A stretch of DNA of 64,000 bases from an uncultured Candidatus Saccharibacteria bacterium (GCA_964591665.1 CAZQCV010000001.1:178-64177); one strand, 5' to 3'; positions 39,509 through 50,815 are shown, counted from the first letter of the stretch. The notes: generated from the sequence alone by a model not told the origin. Translations and numbers: made by a program.

Positions 39509-42500
39509 TTACTCAGCGTCCGACACACGCTCATCTTCTGCTAAAGGATTTGTGTTCACAAGATCAACATCAAGGGCAAGACCACGGAGATAGTTCAACA
39601 TAACGTTAAATGAGGCTGGAGCATTTGGTTCTTTGATAGGTTCACCTTTGATAATTGCATCAAATGTTTGTGATCGTCCGAGAATATCATCAGATTTAAT
39701 CGTAAGCATCTCACGAAGTGTGTGTGAGGCTCCATAACCTTCAAGTGCCCACACCTCCATTTCTCCGAATCTTTGTCCACCACCTTGTGCTTTACCACCG
39801 AGAGGCTGTTGCGTAATAAGAGAATATGGACCAATTGAACGCATGTGGATCTTATCTTCTACCATGTGGTGTAGTTTCAAAATATGTTTATATCCAATCG
39901 CCACAGGTTGCGCAAAAGCTTCACCAGTCTGTCCGTCATAAAGTGTCACCTTACCATGTTCTGGAAGCCCTGCCTTGACGAGTTCTTCTTTGATTTCTTT
40001 TTCACTTGCACCTGAGAATGGTGGCACCACTGCTTGATACCCAAGTGTGTGTGCTGCAAGACCAAGATGCATTTCAAGAATCTGTCCAAGGTTCATACGA
40101 GATGGCACACCAAGTGGTGTCAAAATAACATCGACAGGTGTTCCATCTGCCATGAATGGCATTTCTTCTTCTGGAAGAATAGTTGAAATAACACCTTTGT
40201 TACCGTGTCGTCCTGCAAGTTTATCACCTACAGAAATATTTCGGAGCTGTGCTACTTCGACAACTACTTTTTTGATAATTCCACTTTCGAGCTGGTGACC
40301 TTGTTCACGAGAGAATATCTTTACCCCGATAACACGACCGCGCATACCATGTTCCATGCGAAGTGATGTATCTTTCACATCACGAGCTTTTTCTGCAAAG
40401 ATAGAGCGGAGCAATCGTTCTTCTGGCGTAAGTTCTGTTTCACCTTTTGGTGTGATTTTACCAACAAGAATGTCATTCTCACGGACTTCAGCACCGACAC
40501 GAATAACACCTTCTTCATCAAGGTCTTTAAGTTTGTTTTCACCTACGTTTGGAATATCACGAGTAGTAAGTTCTGGACCAAGTTTTGTATCACGAACGAT
40601 ACAGACAAACTCTTCTACATAGATAGAAGTAAATTTACTGTTTTTTACCAAACGTTCTGAGAGAATAATCGCATCTTCGTAGTTCTGACCGTTCCATGAC
40701 ATAAACGCAACGAGTACGTTTTGTCCGAGTGCCATCTGTCCACCTGAAGTCGAAGACGTGTCAGCGATAACATCGCCTCGTTTTATCTTTTGACCAAGTG
40801 AGACAATAGGACGCTGGTGAAATACCGTAAAGTTATTTGTTCGTTCGAACGTAACAAGCTTGTATGTGTGTTCTTTGTTCTTATCATCTTTGATCTTTAT
40901 GAAACCGCCGTCAACATATGAAACAACACCTGATTCGCGAGCAACAACAACACGTCCTGATTCGCGAGCAATGTGTTCTTCAAGTCCAGTTGCAACTACC
41001 GGTGCATCTGGTACCACACATGGTGTTGCCTGTTTTTGCATGTTTGATCCCATGAGCGCTCGGTTTGCTTCATCATGCTCAAGAAACGGAATCATAGAAG
41101 TCGCAAGAGAAAATGCCTGGTTTGCCGCAACGTCAATAAAATCTACCTGATCACGATCAACGATGCCTGGTTCTGTTTTACTACGAGCTTCTACACGATC
41201 TTCAATAATTTTATTGTTTGCGTCGTATTTAGTACCTGAGTGAGCAATGACATATTTCTCTTCTTCAAGTGCGTTCATATAGACGACTTCACCAGTAATC
41301 TTACCGTTTTTAACGCGAATATATGGTGTTTCAATAATACCGAATTCATTGACGCGAGCAAAAAGCGACAAGTGCAAGATAAGACCGATGTTCGGACCTT
41401 CAGGAGTGTGGATCGGACATACGCGACCATAGTGAGATGTGTGTACGTCACGAACTTCAAGACCAGCACGTTCACGAGTAAGACCTCCTGGACCAAGCGC
41501 TGAGAGCGTTCGCAAGTGTTCAAGTTCCGCAAGAACGTTTTCTTGGTTCATAAACTGTGAAAGCTGGTTCGTCGTGAAGAATTCTTTGATACGAGCTTGA
41601 AGTGGACGTTGGTTAACGATAGACACAGGAAGTGTCGTGCCTGCATCAATTGTAGACATACGATCTTGCACGTTACGTTTGATCTGGGTCATACCAACAC
41701 GAATTTTCTGTTGCAATAGTTCACCGATGTATCGAACACGACGTTGACCCAAGTGATCTATATCGTCCGCAACCGCATGCGGTGTTGTATTTAGTTCAAA
41801 GAGATATTTTGCAATACTAACAAGATCGTCTGCAGAGAGTGTTCGACGTTCCATTTCTTTTTCGTCCATTGAAAGATCAAAACGCTTGTTAAAACGGAAT
41901 CGTCCTACCGGAGAAAGGTCATATCGTTCTTTGCTAAACAATGCAGTAATAAATTCTTTTGCGTTTTCTGCGGTTGCAAGATCGCCATCACGAAGCCGTT
42001 TATAGATCTCAACATATGATTCGCCGAGTGTTTTTGCACTGTCTTTTTCAACACACACTTTCATGATTGCTTCATGAGGTGTACCTTTAAATTTCTCAAG
42101 AATAGCTTCATCTGTAGTTAAACCAAGGACACGGAGAAGTGCCGTAAATGGGAATTTACGTTTCTTGTCGATACGAACAACTAGTGTACCGTCAGTATCA
42201 GTTTCGATTTCAATCCAGACACCACGTGCAGGAATAATTTTTGCACCGAATGTTGGCTTCCCTTTTGATTCGAGTTCAACAAAGAAGATACCAAATGAAC
42301 GAGCAAGCTGTGGTACAATAACACGCTCTACACCATTAATAATGAATGTACCGTGAGCTGTCATGAGTGGAATATCAGCAAAGAAAATTTCTTGTTCTTT
42401 TTCTGTACCAAGCGTTTTGTTTTTTAGTTTTACACGAGCTTTGAGCTGGCCTTCATAGGTAAGCTTATTCGCTTTTGCATGATGTTCATCACATTTTGGT

Positions 42501-42727
42501 TCACCGAGTGAGAACGATGAAAAATTAAGTTCAAACTTTTTTCCTGAATAATCAGAAATTGGTGAGAATTCTTTGAAAACCTCTTTGAGACCTGATTCAA
42601 CAAGCCACGAGAAAGAAGTCAGCTGTGTTTCAAGCAAATTCGGAAATGGAACCAACGGTTCTTTGTACTTTGCAAAGTACTTCTTAGGTAATGGTTTCGA
42701 CATACTATTTGTTCTTTCTACAAACAC
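39509..42727 (-). CDS. rpoB: DNA-directed RNA polymerase subunit beta
   Basis: Canonical beta-subunit blocks (GRHGNKGV, the rifampicin-cluster region). The start is probably the internal MSKPLPKK. Confidence 0.97.
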   Translation of the reverse strand: MFVERTNSMSKPLPKKYFAKYKEPLVPFPNLLETQLTSFSWLVESGLKEVFKEFSPISDYSGKKFELNFSSFSLGEPKCDEHHAKANKLTYEGQLKARVKLKNKTLGTEKEQEIFFADIPLMTAHGTFIINGVERVIVPQLARSFGIFFVELESKGKPTFGAKIIPARGVWIEIETDTDGTLVVRIDKKRKFPFTALLRVLGLTTDEAILEKFKGTPHEAIMKVCVEKDSAKTLGESYVEIYKRLRDGDLATAENAKEFITALFSKERYDLSPVGRFRFNKRFDLSMDEKEMERRTLSADDLVSIAKYLFELNTTPHAVADDIDHLGQRRVRYIGELLQQKIRVGMTQIKRNVQDRMSTIDAGTTLPVSIVNQRPLQARIKEFFTTNQLSQFMNQENVLAELEHLRTLSALGPGGLTRERAGLEVRDVHTSHYGRVCPIHTPEGPNIGLILHLSLFARVNEFGIIETPYIRVKNGKITGEVVYMNALEEEKYVIAHSGTKYDANNKIIEDRVEARSKTEPGIVDRDQVDFIDVAANQAFSLATSMIPFLEHDEANRALMGSNMQKQATPCVVPDAPVVATGLEEHIARESGRVVVARESGVVSYVDGGFIKIKDDKNKEHTYKLVTFERTNNFTVFHQRPIVSLGQKIKRGDVIADTSSTSGGQMALGQNVLVAFMSWNGQNYEDAIILSERLVKNSKFTSIYVEEFVCIVRDTKLGPELTTRDIPNVGENKLKDLDEEGVIRVGAEVRENDILVGKITPKGETELTPEERLLRSIFAEKARDVKDTSLRMEHGMRGRVIGVKIFSREQGHQLESGIIKKVVVEVAQLRNISVGDKLAGRHGNKGVISTILPEEEMPFMADGTPVDVILTPLGVPSRMNLGQILEMHLGLAAHTLGYQAVVPPFSGASEKEIKEELVKAGLPEHGKVTLYDGQTGEAFAQPVAIGYKHILKLHHMVEDKIHMRSIGPYSLITQQPLGGKAQGGGQRFGEMEVWALEGYGASHTLREMLTIKSDDILGRSQTFDAIIKGEPIKEPNAPASFNVMLNYLRGLALDVDLVNTNPLAEDERVSDAE

Positions 42728-42892
42728 AAATAAACGACGGAGGTCGTTTCGGTATTTACATTAAATACGCGGAGTAGATGTTTGCAAGAAATGTAATGGT
42801 TTTAGTGCTAATAACACCAAAGCACATCCATAACTCACTCAGCTTTAGTACTTACCAGTATACTCAAATTTGATTTTTTGTCAAATTTAGAC

Positions 42893-42921
42893 AAATAAAA
42901 ACCCCAGTCATACGACTGGGG
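42893..42921 (-). terminator. rho-independent terminator after plsC (minus-strand orientation), separating it from rpoB
   Basis: ccccagtc/gactgggg hairpin. On the minus strand it is immediately followed by TTTTTATTT. Confidence 0.5.
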
Positions 42922-42940
42922 CAATATATTTTTTCTTAGT

Positions 42941-43672
42941 TCATAATTCATTCATCGTACGATAAAGAAAATCTTTCAGTTCGAGAAATGAACCAAAGTC
43001 AGACGGTTGAACAGGATCACCGATAATAACAGTAACTCGTCCTGGTAAAACATTCATCCATGTATTTTTATTGTTAACTTCATATAAACCACGCATGGCA
43101 ATCGGCACAATGGGAACATCTTCAATAAAAGCAAGTTCAAATCCACCATTTTTAAATTTACCCAAATTCCCATCAGTAGTGCGCGTTCCTTCAGGGAAGA
43201 ATAACAGATCTAAATTATAGTTTTTACAAGTATCAAAGACTTTTCTAATTCTTTTTCTATCGCCTGCTGGATCTTTTTTGTTTCGTCTCATGGGACGGAC
43301 AAATAGCATGTACATACCAAGTCCAAAGAACGGTATAAAAAAATTAGAGAGCTTACTTACTGCTGTAACAGGTCTACCATTTAGAGCGTAGCCAATTACA
43401 AATATATCAAGCAAGGAAACGTGGTTAGACATGACCATATGTACAGTCTCGTTTTTTGGCCAATTTCCTTGTACAACCACTTCTACGTTCAAAACATTAA
43501 GTATGCTTTTCGATAAATGATAGATATATTTTCTATGAACGTATTCAACCAGTTTTTTTGATCTAAAAACTCTCGCAACCATCATATGAAATATGATGAG
43601 TACTGCATAGTAAACAAATATGACAACTGCGTATATATTAGTATTTTTCATAGGTGTATTTTTGTACACCAT
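42941..43672 (-). CDS. plsC: 1-acyl-sn-glycerol-3-phosphate acyltransferase
   Basis: N-terminal TM, an HxxxxD motif (NHVSLLD), and an FPEGTR motif. Confidence 0.75.
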   Translation of the reverse strand: MVYKNTPMKNTNIYAVVIFVYYAVLIIFHMMVARVFRSKKLVEYVHRKYIYHLSKSILNVLNVEVVVQGNWPKNETVHMVMSNHVSLLDIFVIGYALNGRPVTAVSKLSNFFIPFFGLGMYMLFVRPMRRNKKDPAGDRKRIRKVFDTCKNYNLDLLFFPEGTRTTDGNLGKFKNGGFELAFIEDVPIVPIAMRGLYEVNNKNTWMNVLPGRVTVIIGDPVQPSDFGSFLELKDFLYRTMNEL

Positions 43673-43683
43673 ACAATAAAAAA

Positions 43684-44385
43684 TTATATTTGTCTATTCT
43701 TATTCTGTTCCTGTTTCCAGGCCTCTATTTTCTTATGATCACCAGAGCGCAGCACTTCTGGGACCTTGTACTTCTTTTTTTTATGAATTAGAACTTCCGG
43801 TCGAGTATAGATTTCAGATGACGACACACGTTCTTCTTCTCGAGAATCAAAATTGCCCAACACACCAGGCACTTGTCGCGCCATACAGTCGATCACCACC
43901 ATTGCAGGCAGTTCTCCACCAGTGAGCACATAGTCTCCTATGGAAAGTGAGTCCATTTTAAATATTTTCAAAACTCGTGAATCAACCCCCTCATATCGTC
44001 CACAAATAAGAATAATGTCTGTAAACTTTTCTGCAGATTGTTTTGCATATGCTGTATCGAAATGTTTTCCAGAAGGTGAAAAGAAAATAATTTTTAATTT
44101 AGTCTTTGTTTTTTTCTTTTCTATTTTTTTAAGAGCGGTTTCAACAGCTTTTATAACTGGTTCGGCTCTCATAACCATGCCAGGCCCACCGCCATAGGGT
44201 CGATCATCGACAACGCGAGACACATTTCCATCTGGCCAGACTTTTTTATACTTACCAACCACATAGTCACGAGGATTGTAAAACGTGATTTTTATTTTCT
44301 TTTCTTTTAGTGCACGACCAATAATCGATTCAGTAACATATGAATCAAAACTTTCCGGGAATAAAGTTATTACATGAAAATGCAT
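43684..44385 (-). CDS. trmD: tRNA (guanine37-N1)-methyltransferase
   Basis: SPOUT/TrmD signature (ICGRYEGVDSRV, GGELPAMVVIDCMARQVPGVLG). Confidence 0.9.
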   Translation of the reverse strand: MHFHVITLFPESFDSYVTESIIGRALKEKKIKITFYNPRDYVVGKYKKVWPDGNVSRVVDDRPYGGGPGMVMRAEPVIKAVETALKKIEKKKTKTKLKIIFFSPSGKHFDTAYAKQSAEKFTDIILICGRYEGVDSRVLKIFKMDSLSIGDYVLTGGELPAMVVIDCMARQVPGVLGNFDSREEERVSSSEIYTRPEVLIHKKKKYKVPEVLRSGDHKKIEAWKQEQNKNRQI

Positions 44386-44491
44386 AGATTATAAACACAG
44401 TATATACAGATATTCCCTTTTCTGCAAAAACAAAAAACACCCGAGATAGGATCGGATGCTTTTTGTTTTTTGGATAGTGAATCTAAAGAAA

Positions 44492-44839
44492 TTAAAGATC
44501 TTTGAGATCAGCCATCGCTTCATCAACTGCAGAAGCAGGATTTGCTGACTTCATAGAACCACCAGCTGGTTCGTTGATCTTGAGGTTAACACGTGCATTG
44601 TTCTTCATACCGATAACTCGGAGAAGTGTGCGGATAGCTTTTGCGGTGTTACCCATGCGACCAATAATCTTACCCATATCGGCTGGGTTGACTGAGAGAG
44701 TGATTAATACACCCATTTCATCAACGGTCCGATCAATCTTGACATCATTCGGATTGTCAACGAGTGACTTTACAACATACTCAAGGAATGCTTTATCTTC
44801 CATACGTAGCGGATTACTTAATTTATCAAGTGACAACAT
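44492..44839 (-). CDS. KH-domain RNA-binding protein (YlqC-like)
   Basis: GKIIGRMGNTAKAIRTLL GxxG KH motif, in the position of ylqC after rpsP. Confidence 0.6.
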   Translation of the reverse strand: MLSLDKLSNPLRMEDKAFLEYVVKSLVDNPNDVKIDRTVDEMGVLITLSVNPADMGKIIGRMGNTAKAIRTLLRVIGMKNNARVNLKINEPAGGSMKSANPASAVDEAMADLKDL

Positions 44840-44922
44840 GACTAATGTTATCTTGTTTCAGTATATCAAAGCTGACACGAGTGGTCAATCAAAAAATCCC
44901 TTTCGGGATTTTTTGATGTGTT

Positions 44923-45225
44923 TTATTTCTTCAATTCTTTTCGTTTTACAGTTGGTACTTTTTTAGGAAGAACATTTTTCATTTTGCCTTCTACAATTTT
45001 TTCTTTCACAAGAAAGTTGTATACCGTATCTGATGGTTGTGCACCTTTTTTCATCCAATCTTTGATACGATCTGCGTTAAATGCAGTAGTACCCATTTTT
45101 GGATTGTAAACACCAAGAACTTCTAAAAGTTTGCCACTACGAGCAGCTGCTTTTGAGTCCGTGAGAACAACACGAAATGCTGGATCGTTCTTTCGGCCAA
45201 TACGTTGTAGTCTTATCTTTAACAT
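44923..45225 (-). CDS. rpsP: 30S ribosomal protein S16
   Basis: MLKIRLQRIGRKNDPAFRVVLTDSKAAARSGKLLEVLGVYNP is the canonical bS16 N-terminus. The start was trimmed to this internal Met. Confidence 0.85.
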   Translation of the reverse strand: MLKIRLQRIGRKNDPAFRVVLTDSKAAARSGKLLEVLGVYNPKMGTTAFNADRIKDWMKKGAQPSDTVYNFLVKEKIVEGKMKNVLPKKVPTVKRKELKK

Positions 45226-45280
45226 GAAAACGATTATAGCACCACTCTTATAAAAAGTCAAAGTATGCTATTATAGATTT

Positions 45281-47248
45281 GTGAAAAAACAACAAAAAAC
45301 CTCCTCTCGCACAAAGAGCGCATCGAGTGTACCCAAATCTCTCGTTGGAACAATAACTATTTCCCCTAAACAAGTAGGTACTGTTTTTGACCCAATACAG
45401 AAGGTAAAAGTGATTATATATCTGGAAGATCTCCACGGAGCACTCCACGGAGACCATGTAACCGTCTCATTGCGACGACAAAAATCGCCTGGCGTCTATC
45501 AAGGACGTATTGAAAAAATACATAGTCACGCTAAACAGGGATATAGTGGTATTCTTAAAAAAGAGCAAAATGGTGTCCTTGTGCTTGAACCTCAAGATCC
45601 ACGAATGTACATGCGCATTGAAGTGACCGGACGTATTACCAAAGAAGCAATAGGAAAGAAAGTATTCGTATCTGACCTTATACATAAAAAACACTATATT
45701 GAAGCAAAAAAGTGTGAACTGCTCGGAGAATCAGGATCCCATGAAACCGAAATCCAGAGTATTATACGAGAACAAGGGTTCGCATATATCTTTCCTAAGG
45801 AGGTACTCGAAGAAGCAAAACGATACGGAGAACCTACTGGAAACGACTACAAACAACGCCTCGACATACGTGACGTACTTACGTTTACTATTGATCCTTT
45901 TGATGCAAAAGACTTTGACGATGCGTTATCTATTAAAAAAGTTAGTGATACTGTGTATGAAGTAGGTATACACATCGCAGACGTAAGCCATTATGTAAAG
46001 CCAAACACCGCACTTGATAAAGAAGCTTATAAACGAGGAACATCAATTTATCTCGTAGATCGAACCATACCTATGCTCCCTGAAAAACTCTCCAATGATC
46101 TTTGTAGCCTTAAACCCAACGTAGATCGACTCGCCATGAGTGTCATCCTACAGATAAAAACAGATGGTACAATAACAAAACGATGGTATGGACGCACTAT
46201 TATTCACTCAGATAAACGATTCACCTATGAAGAAGCCTGGGACAATATAAATAACCCTACTGGGCTTTACCACGAGGAACTCGTGACGCTTAATAACATC
46301 GCAAAAATTTTACGCAAAGAACGAGAAGAAAACGGTTCTCTCGAATTCGCTGGAGAAGAAATAAAATGTATATTAAATCCAGATAACACCGTAAAAGCAT
46401 TCATTCGCAAAGAACGCAATGACGCACATAAACTTATTGAAGAATACATGCTTCTTGCAAACCGCGAAATTGCCGCATTATGGAATCCTAAAAAATTAAA
46501 AAAAGGGCACGAGCTTTTCTTATTCAGAACTCACGATGTACCAAATGCAGAAAAACTCGCACTTCTTGAGAGTATTGCAACAGCACTTGGGTACGAAATA
46601 CCAAAAACAAAAAAACGTGTGACACAGCGAGACATTCAACAGTTCCTTAAAATGATACACCGTACTCCTCATGAAGGATTTTTGAGTACTCTCATGATTA
46701 GAGCAATGTCAAAAGCTATTTATTCAACTCGCGCAACTGGGCACTTCGGACTTGCACTTGAAGATTACACACACTTTACGTCACCCATTAGAAGGTACCC
46801 TGATATCGTAGTGCACCGTTTCTTAACGGACTACCTAGAACATAGAGAACGAAAGTATAAACCAAAAGAATTCGAGGCTATCGCCGCACATACGTCTCTT
46901 ATGGAGAAAAATGCAGCCCAAGCTGAAAGAGATTCTCTTGTATATAAACAAATCGAGTATATGCTCTCACGAAAAACAGAGACATTCACCGGAACTATCA
47001 CTGGAGTAATAGAACGTGGTATATTTATAGCAGAGACGTATAGTGGAAGTGAGGGCATGGTCTCGGTAGAACGTTTGGTACCAGGGACATGGGTATATAA
47101 CGAAAAGACATACTCATTCGCAAATACCGCCACGCAGGAAATACTACGCCTTGGTGATCATGTTTGTTTTAAAGTATATGACGGCGATCCGCTTAGTAGA
47201 CGTCTTGATTACACACATATTGTATGCGAGCACTCATCGAAAAAATAA
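45281..47248 (+). CDS. rnr: ribonuclease R (RNB-family 3'-5' exoribonuclease)
   Basis: Cold-shock/OB N-region, an RNB catalytic domain (DPFDAKDFDDALSI, HFGLALEDYTHFTSPIRRYPDIVVHR), and a C-terminal S1 domain. Confidence 0.9.
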   Translation: MKKQQKTSSRTKSASSVPKSLVGTITISPKQVGTVFDPIQKVKVIIYLEDLHGALHGDHVTVSLRRQKSPGVYQGRIEKIHSHAKQGYSGILKKEQNGVLVLEPQDPRMYMRIEVTGRITKEAIGKKVFVSDLIHKKHYIEAKKCELLGESGSHETEIQSIIREQGFAYIFPKEVLEEAKRYGEPTGNDYKQRLDIRDVLTFTIDPFDAKDFDDALSIKKVSDTVYEVGIHIADVSHYVKPNTALDKEAYKRGTSIYLVDRTIPMLPEKLSNDLCSLKPNVDRLAMSVILQIKTDGTITKRWYGRTIIHSDKRFTYEEAWDNINNPTGLYHEELVTLNNIAKILRKEREENGSLEFAGEEIKCILNPDNTVKAFIRKERNDAHKLIEEYMLLANREIAALWNPKKLKKGHELFLFRTHDVPNAEKLALLESIATALGYEIPKTKKRVTQRDIQQFLKMIHRTPHEGFLSTLMIRAMSKAIYSTRATGHFGLALEDYTHFTSPIRRYPDIVVHRFLTDYLEHRERKYKPKEFEAIAAHTSLMEKNAAQAERDSLVYKQIEYMLSRKTETFTGTITGVIERGIFIAETYSGSEGMVSVERLVPGTWVYNEKTYSFANTATQEILRLGDHVCFKVYDGDPLSRRLDYTHIVCEHSSKK

Positions 47249-49548
47249 GTACATTTGCAAGGACACATAGTAGGGCTGTTGAAATCACCGTTGGGCTTTT
47301 TGCACTTGCAACACTCGCTTTTTTTATCTTTACATATATTCCAAAAAACAAAGGAGATACAGTCGAGGAGCCAACCGCTTCTCAAGAAGTCACTAGTGAA
47401 GATGTCGTCCAAGATGTACAAGGTGATGTTCTCGAGACTATTTCTTTCGAAAATATACCAGACGAAGCGTTCGTACCACCAGCAGACGGAAAAGTGATTC
47501 GGGTTAATATACTCAAAGGTGAAGTTCGTCGGTATGAGAATGGCACACTTGTTGGAGAGACTATGCGCATGGTTGCACGACCTCGAAAAGGAACCTACTG
47601 GGAGACGCCAGGAGGTCTCTATCATATCTCAAACAAAGACGAAAACTATTATTCTGAAAAGGCAGGCGCATATCTACCCTACAGTATTCATTTATTTGGT
47701 AACTATATCATTCATGGTATTCCGAACAATGGAAAAGGACGCATCTATACGTCGAGTTTTCTAAATGGAGGAATCAGACTCTCAGATGCAAATGCAAAAG
47801 AATTGTATCTATGGTCTGACCCTGATACTCGAGTATCCATATTTAGCGATAGTGTATTGCGCCCCGAACAACTATACACGGGTTCAGTGTATATAACAGA
47901 AAACGGAAGCAGTAGACCAAGACTTGGCGCAGATGCATATATTATCGGAGACATAGACACAGGAGATATTATCCTTGAAAAGAACAAAGATAAAGTTTTC
48001 CCCCTTGCCTCACTTACAAAATTAATAACACTACTGGTCGCACTTGATAAAGAAAACCCTTTTGAAACTATCAAAGTATCTGGCCGTGCACTGAGTGCGT
48101 ACGGGACAAGTGGTTTCCGTGTCGGTGAAGAAGTTGAGATGGCAAACGTCGTATACCCACTATTACTTCAATCTTCTAACGATGCAGCAGAAATTCTCGC
48201 AGAATATGTAGGAAGAAATGAATTTTTGAAACTCATGAATGAAAAAGCAAAGTCACTCGGCATGATAAACACTTTTTTTGACGACCCTTCTGGACTTTCG
48301 GCAAACAACAAAACTTCAGCTTCTGATTTATTTAAGTTAGCACAACACATAACGAAAGAAAAATCTTTTATTTGGAAAATCACCGGCAAAAAGAGTTATA
48401 GCGCACAAGGTCATATATGGAGGAATATTAACCAATTCCTAAGACTTCAAGGTCATGTTGGTGGGAAGAGCGGACAAACAGATGAAGCACGGCAAACAAA
48501 CGTTGAGGTCTTTTCCCTACCACTCGGCGAAGGAAAGACTCGAAACATCGCGATTATTGTGTTACATACACCAGATAGATACAACGACACGATCCGTTTA
48601 TATAATTATGTGAAGAAAAATGTCACATTTGGACGTGATGGACTTTTCAAGTTCACGAGCAATCCAGAGGAAAACAAAGAAGTAGTCTTATCCTTCCTTG
48701 GAGATACCATGCTTGATCGTGGAGTAAAATTCTCAGTAAAGAAAAACTTTGCTGGTGATTATATGAAGTTATTCACACATATGGCAAAGCTGAAAGAAAG
48801 TGACTTCGCATTCATAAATCTTGAAGGTCCAGCATCAGACAAAGGAACTGATTTAAAAAATCTATACTCATTTAGAATGGAACCAAAAGTACTCGATACA
48901 CTTAAAGAAGCTGGCGTGGATGTTATAAACGTCGCAAACAACCATATTGCGGACTGGGGCACGGGAGCATTTACTGACACGATAGCAAGAATCAGAGGTA
49001 ATGGACTCCAAGCAGTTGGTGGTGGGTTCAATAGAGCTGAAGCTATCGAACCAGTAATTGTAGAAAAAGAAGGTATGAAAATTGGATATCTTGGCTTTTC
49101 TGATGTTGGACCAAGTGGGTTTGAAGCAGAAGAAAAAAAGCCTGGTATACTCTACGCAGATGATCCAGAGTTTAATACAATCGTTGCAAATGCAAAAAAG
49201 AAAGTTGATTTCCTTGTAGTATCATTCCACTGGGGCACTGAGTACGCAGGAGTGACTCGACGTCAAACGGAACTCGCTCATAAAGCTATCGATGCTGGAG
49301 CTAACATGATTGTCGGTCATAATCCTCACGTGACACAAGACACAGAACTTTACAAAGGTGGCGTGATTGCATACAGTCTTGGTAACTTTATCTTTGATCA
49401 AAATTTCTCAAAAGAAGTCTCTCAGGGTCTCATGGTAGAAGTCACGCTTGATGCAAAACAAAAACGGATAAAACGTTTCGACAAATTCACGATCACGCAA
49501 GACAAAGATCTTGTACCAAGCGAACCAAAACCGTTTGGTGAGAAATAA
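47224..49548 (+). CDS. tri-domain envelope protein: degenerate YkuD-like (L,D-transpeptidase-fold) domain + PBP5-type D-alanyl-D-alanine carboxypeptidase + CapA/PgsA metallophosphatase domain
   Basis: N-terminal TM. The HGIPNNGKGRIYTSSFLNGGIRL segment resembles an Ldt catalytic block, but the Cys and His are replaced (NGG instead of HGC). SLTKL (SxxK), SSN and KSG motifs belong to an S11 peptidase. LGDTMLDRG, NLEGP and VANNH match CapA. Confidence 0.75.
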   Translation: MRALIEKISTFARTHSRAVEITVGLFALATLAFFIFTYIPKNKGDTVEEPTASQEVTSEDVVQDVQGDVLETISFENIPDEAFVPPADGKVIRVNILKGEVRRYENGTLVGETMRMVARPRKGTYWETPGGLYHISNKDENYYSEKAGAYLPYSIHLFGNYIIHGIPNNGKGRIYTSSFLNGGIRLSDANAKELYLWSDPDTRVSIFSDSVLRPEQLYTGSVYITENGSSRPRLGADAYIIGDIDTGDIILEKNKDKVFPLASLTKLITLLVALDKENPFETIKVSGRALSAYGTSGFRVGEEVEMANVVYPLLLQSSNDAAEILAEYVGRNEFLKLMNEKAKSLGMINTFFDDPSGLSANNKTSASDLFKLAQHITKEKSFIWKITGKKSYSAQGHIWRNINQFLRLQGHVGGKSGQTDEARQTNVEVFSLPLGEGKTRNIAIIVLHTPDRYNDTIRLYNYVKKNVTFGRDGLFKFTSNPEENKEVVLSFLGDTMLDRGVKFSVKKNFAGDYMKLFTHMAKLKESDFAFINLEGPASDKGTDLKNLYSFRMEPKVLDTLKEAGVDVINVANNHIADWGTGAFTDTIARIRGNGLQAVGGGFNRAEAIEPVIVEKEGMKIGYLGFSDVGPSGFEAEEKKPGILYADDPEFNTIVANAKKKVDFLVVSFHWGTEYAGVTRRQTELAHKAIDAGANMIVGHNPHVTQDTELYKGGVIAYSLGNFIFDQNFSKEVSQGLMVEVTLDAKQKRIKRFDKFTITQDKDLVPSEPKPFGEK

Positions 49549-49601
49549 AAAAATCGTGATAGTTTTGCTATCACGATTTATATATTTTCGTTAATGTATT
49601 T

Positions 49602-50711
49602 TTAGTCTGTTATTATAGTAACATTAACATCTACTATAATAGTTCTTTGAATTTCTTTCAGGATGTTTTCCTGTTGCTGTTTTTCTTCAGCAGTTTGTGC
49701 AAAATGATCTTTCGGCGTTTCCTTCTGCGTCTCTTGCATCTTTGCAAAATTTGCATTGGTTACTTCTCTGAATTCATTTTGTTTGCCATATTCTGTATCC
49801 TGATTGTTTTTGATCGTTTGAACATTTGTAGCCACGTTACGTATGTCTTCACGAACAGCACTATTATTACGGTTACCATCTTCTTCAATTTTTCTGAATT
49901 TCGAAGATAGCCACAATAATAATAAGAACAACAGTAACAATAACAACCAAAGCCACCAATAGTCAGTAATAAACTTCCAAGCTTTTGTCCAAAAACTATT
50001 ATTACTATTGTTTCCTTTGCCACCGAATTGTGTATCTAAAGGAATTTTAGCAGTATCTTGTTTTGCAACCAAAACCGAGCCGTTGCTCATGATAAACCAA
50101 GGTTTATCTCTGTAAACAAGCGCCTTTACATTCATTTCGCGAGGTATGTCATCATACGACAACTGACCTGTACAGTTTTGAATGCGGATGAATTGGAATT
50201 CGCCAGGTTTTAATGTAACTAACTGTTCTGTACTTTGACGTATCATAGAAGCGATATCCGCATTGTTTTGCGGAACCGAACCAAACACACCAGTCGAAAC
50301 ATTCTCAATTAGTTCAATAAATCTTGCTTCTGTTAAACGTTGATGTAATATTACCTGACCAGAATTGCAGTCGCAATTTTTGTCAAAATAGTTTTCCAAC
50401 GCACACAAAGTGGTTGGTTGCATCAACGGTTTGAGTGTACAGTCTTTATCGGGCTGCTCCGTGCAGCTTTTACAGATTGGTGTTTCAGCTTTTTTGGCAA
50501 TCGCTGTTTTGGTTGTGTCAGAAATAGTACTTGTACGGTGTTTTTTTATAGCTACTTTTTTAGAGCAGTTACAGGTGTCAACCGTTTCGCGGAACAGAAT
50601 AGTATCGTGAACTATTTCTGGTTGGTAGTCTTCTTTGTCGCCACCTGCGTATGCAGCGTTAGCGAAAAACATAAGGCATAACATGCCTAAAATAATTGTT
50701 AATTTTTTCAT
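49602..50711 (-). CDS. secreted Cys-rich protein with C-terminal Trp/Leu-rich TM helix and charged cytoplasmic tail
   Basis: Start set at the internal MKKLTIILGMLCLMFFANAAYA signal peptide. There are more than 14 Cys in CxC/CxxC patterns. The TM segment is WWLWLLLLLLFLLLLWL, followed by a Q/E/K-rich tail. Confidence 0.5.
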   Translation of the reverse strand: MKKLTIILGMLCLMFFANAAYAGGDKEDYQPEIVHDTILFRETVDTCNCSKKVAIKKHRTSTISDTTKTAIAKKAETPICKSCTEQPDKDCTLKPLMQPTTLCALENYFDKNCDCNSGQVILHQRLTEARFIELIENVSTGVFGSVPQNNADIASMIRQSTEQLVTLKPGEFQFIRIQNCTGQLSYDDIPREMNVKALVYRDKPWFIMSNGSVLVAKQDTAKIPLDTQFGGKGNNSNNSFWTKAWKFITDYWWLWLLLLLLFLLLLWLSSKFRKIEEDGNRNNSAVREDIRNVATNVQTIKNNQDTEYGKQNEFREVTNANFAKMQETQKETPKDHFAQTAEEKQQQENILKEIQRTIIVDVNVTIITD

Positions 50712-50815
50712 ATTTGTAGATTTAAATTTTGATATATTATATACCTTTTTTATTAAATTGTCAAGTGTTTCATTGACACATAAAAATATAGATGCTATAA
50801 AGAGAAAAAACAAAA

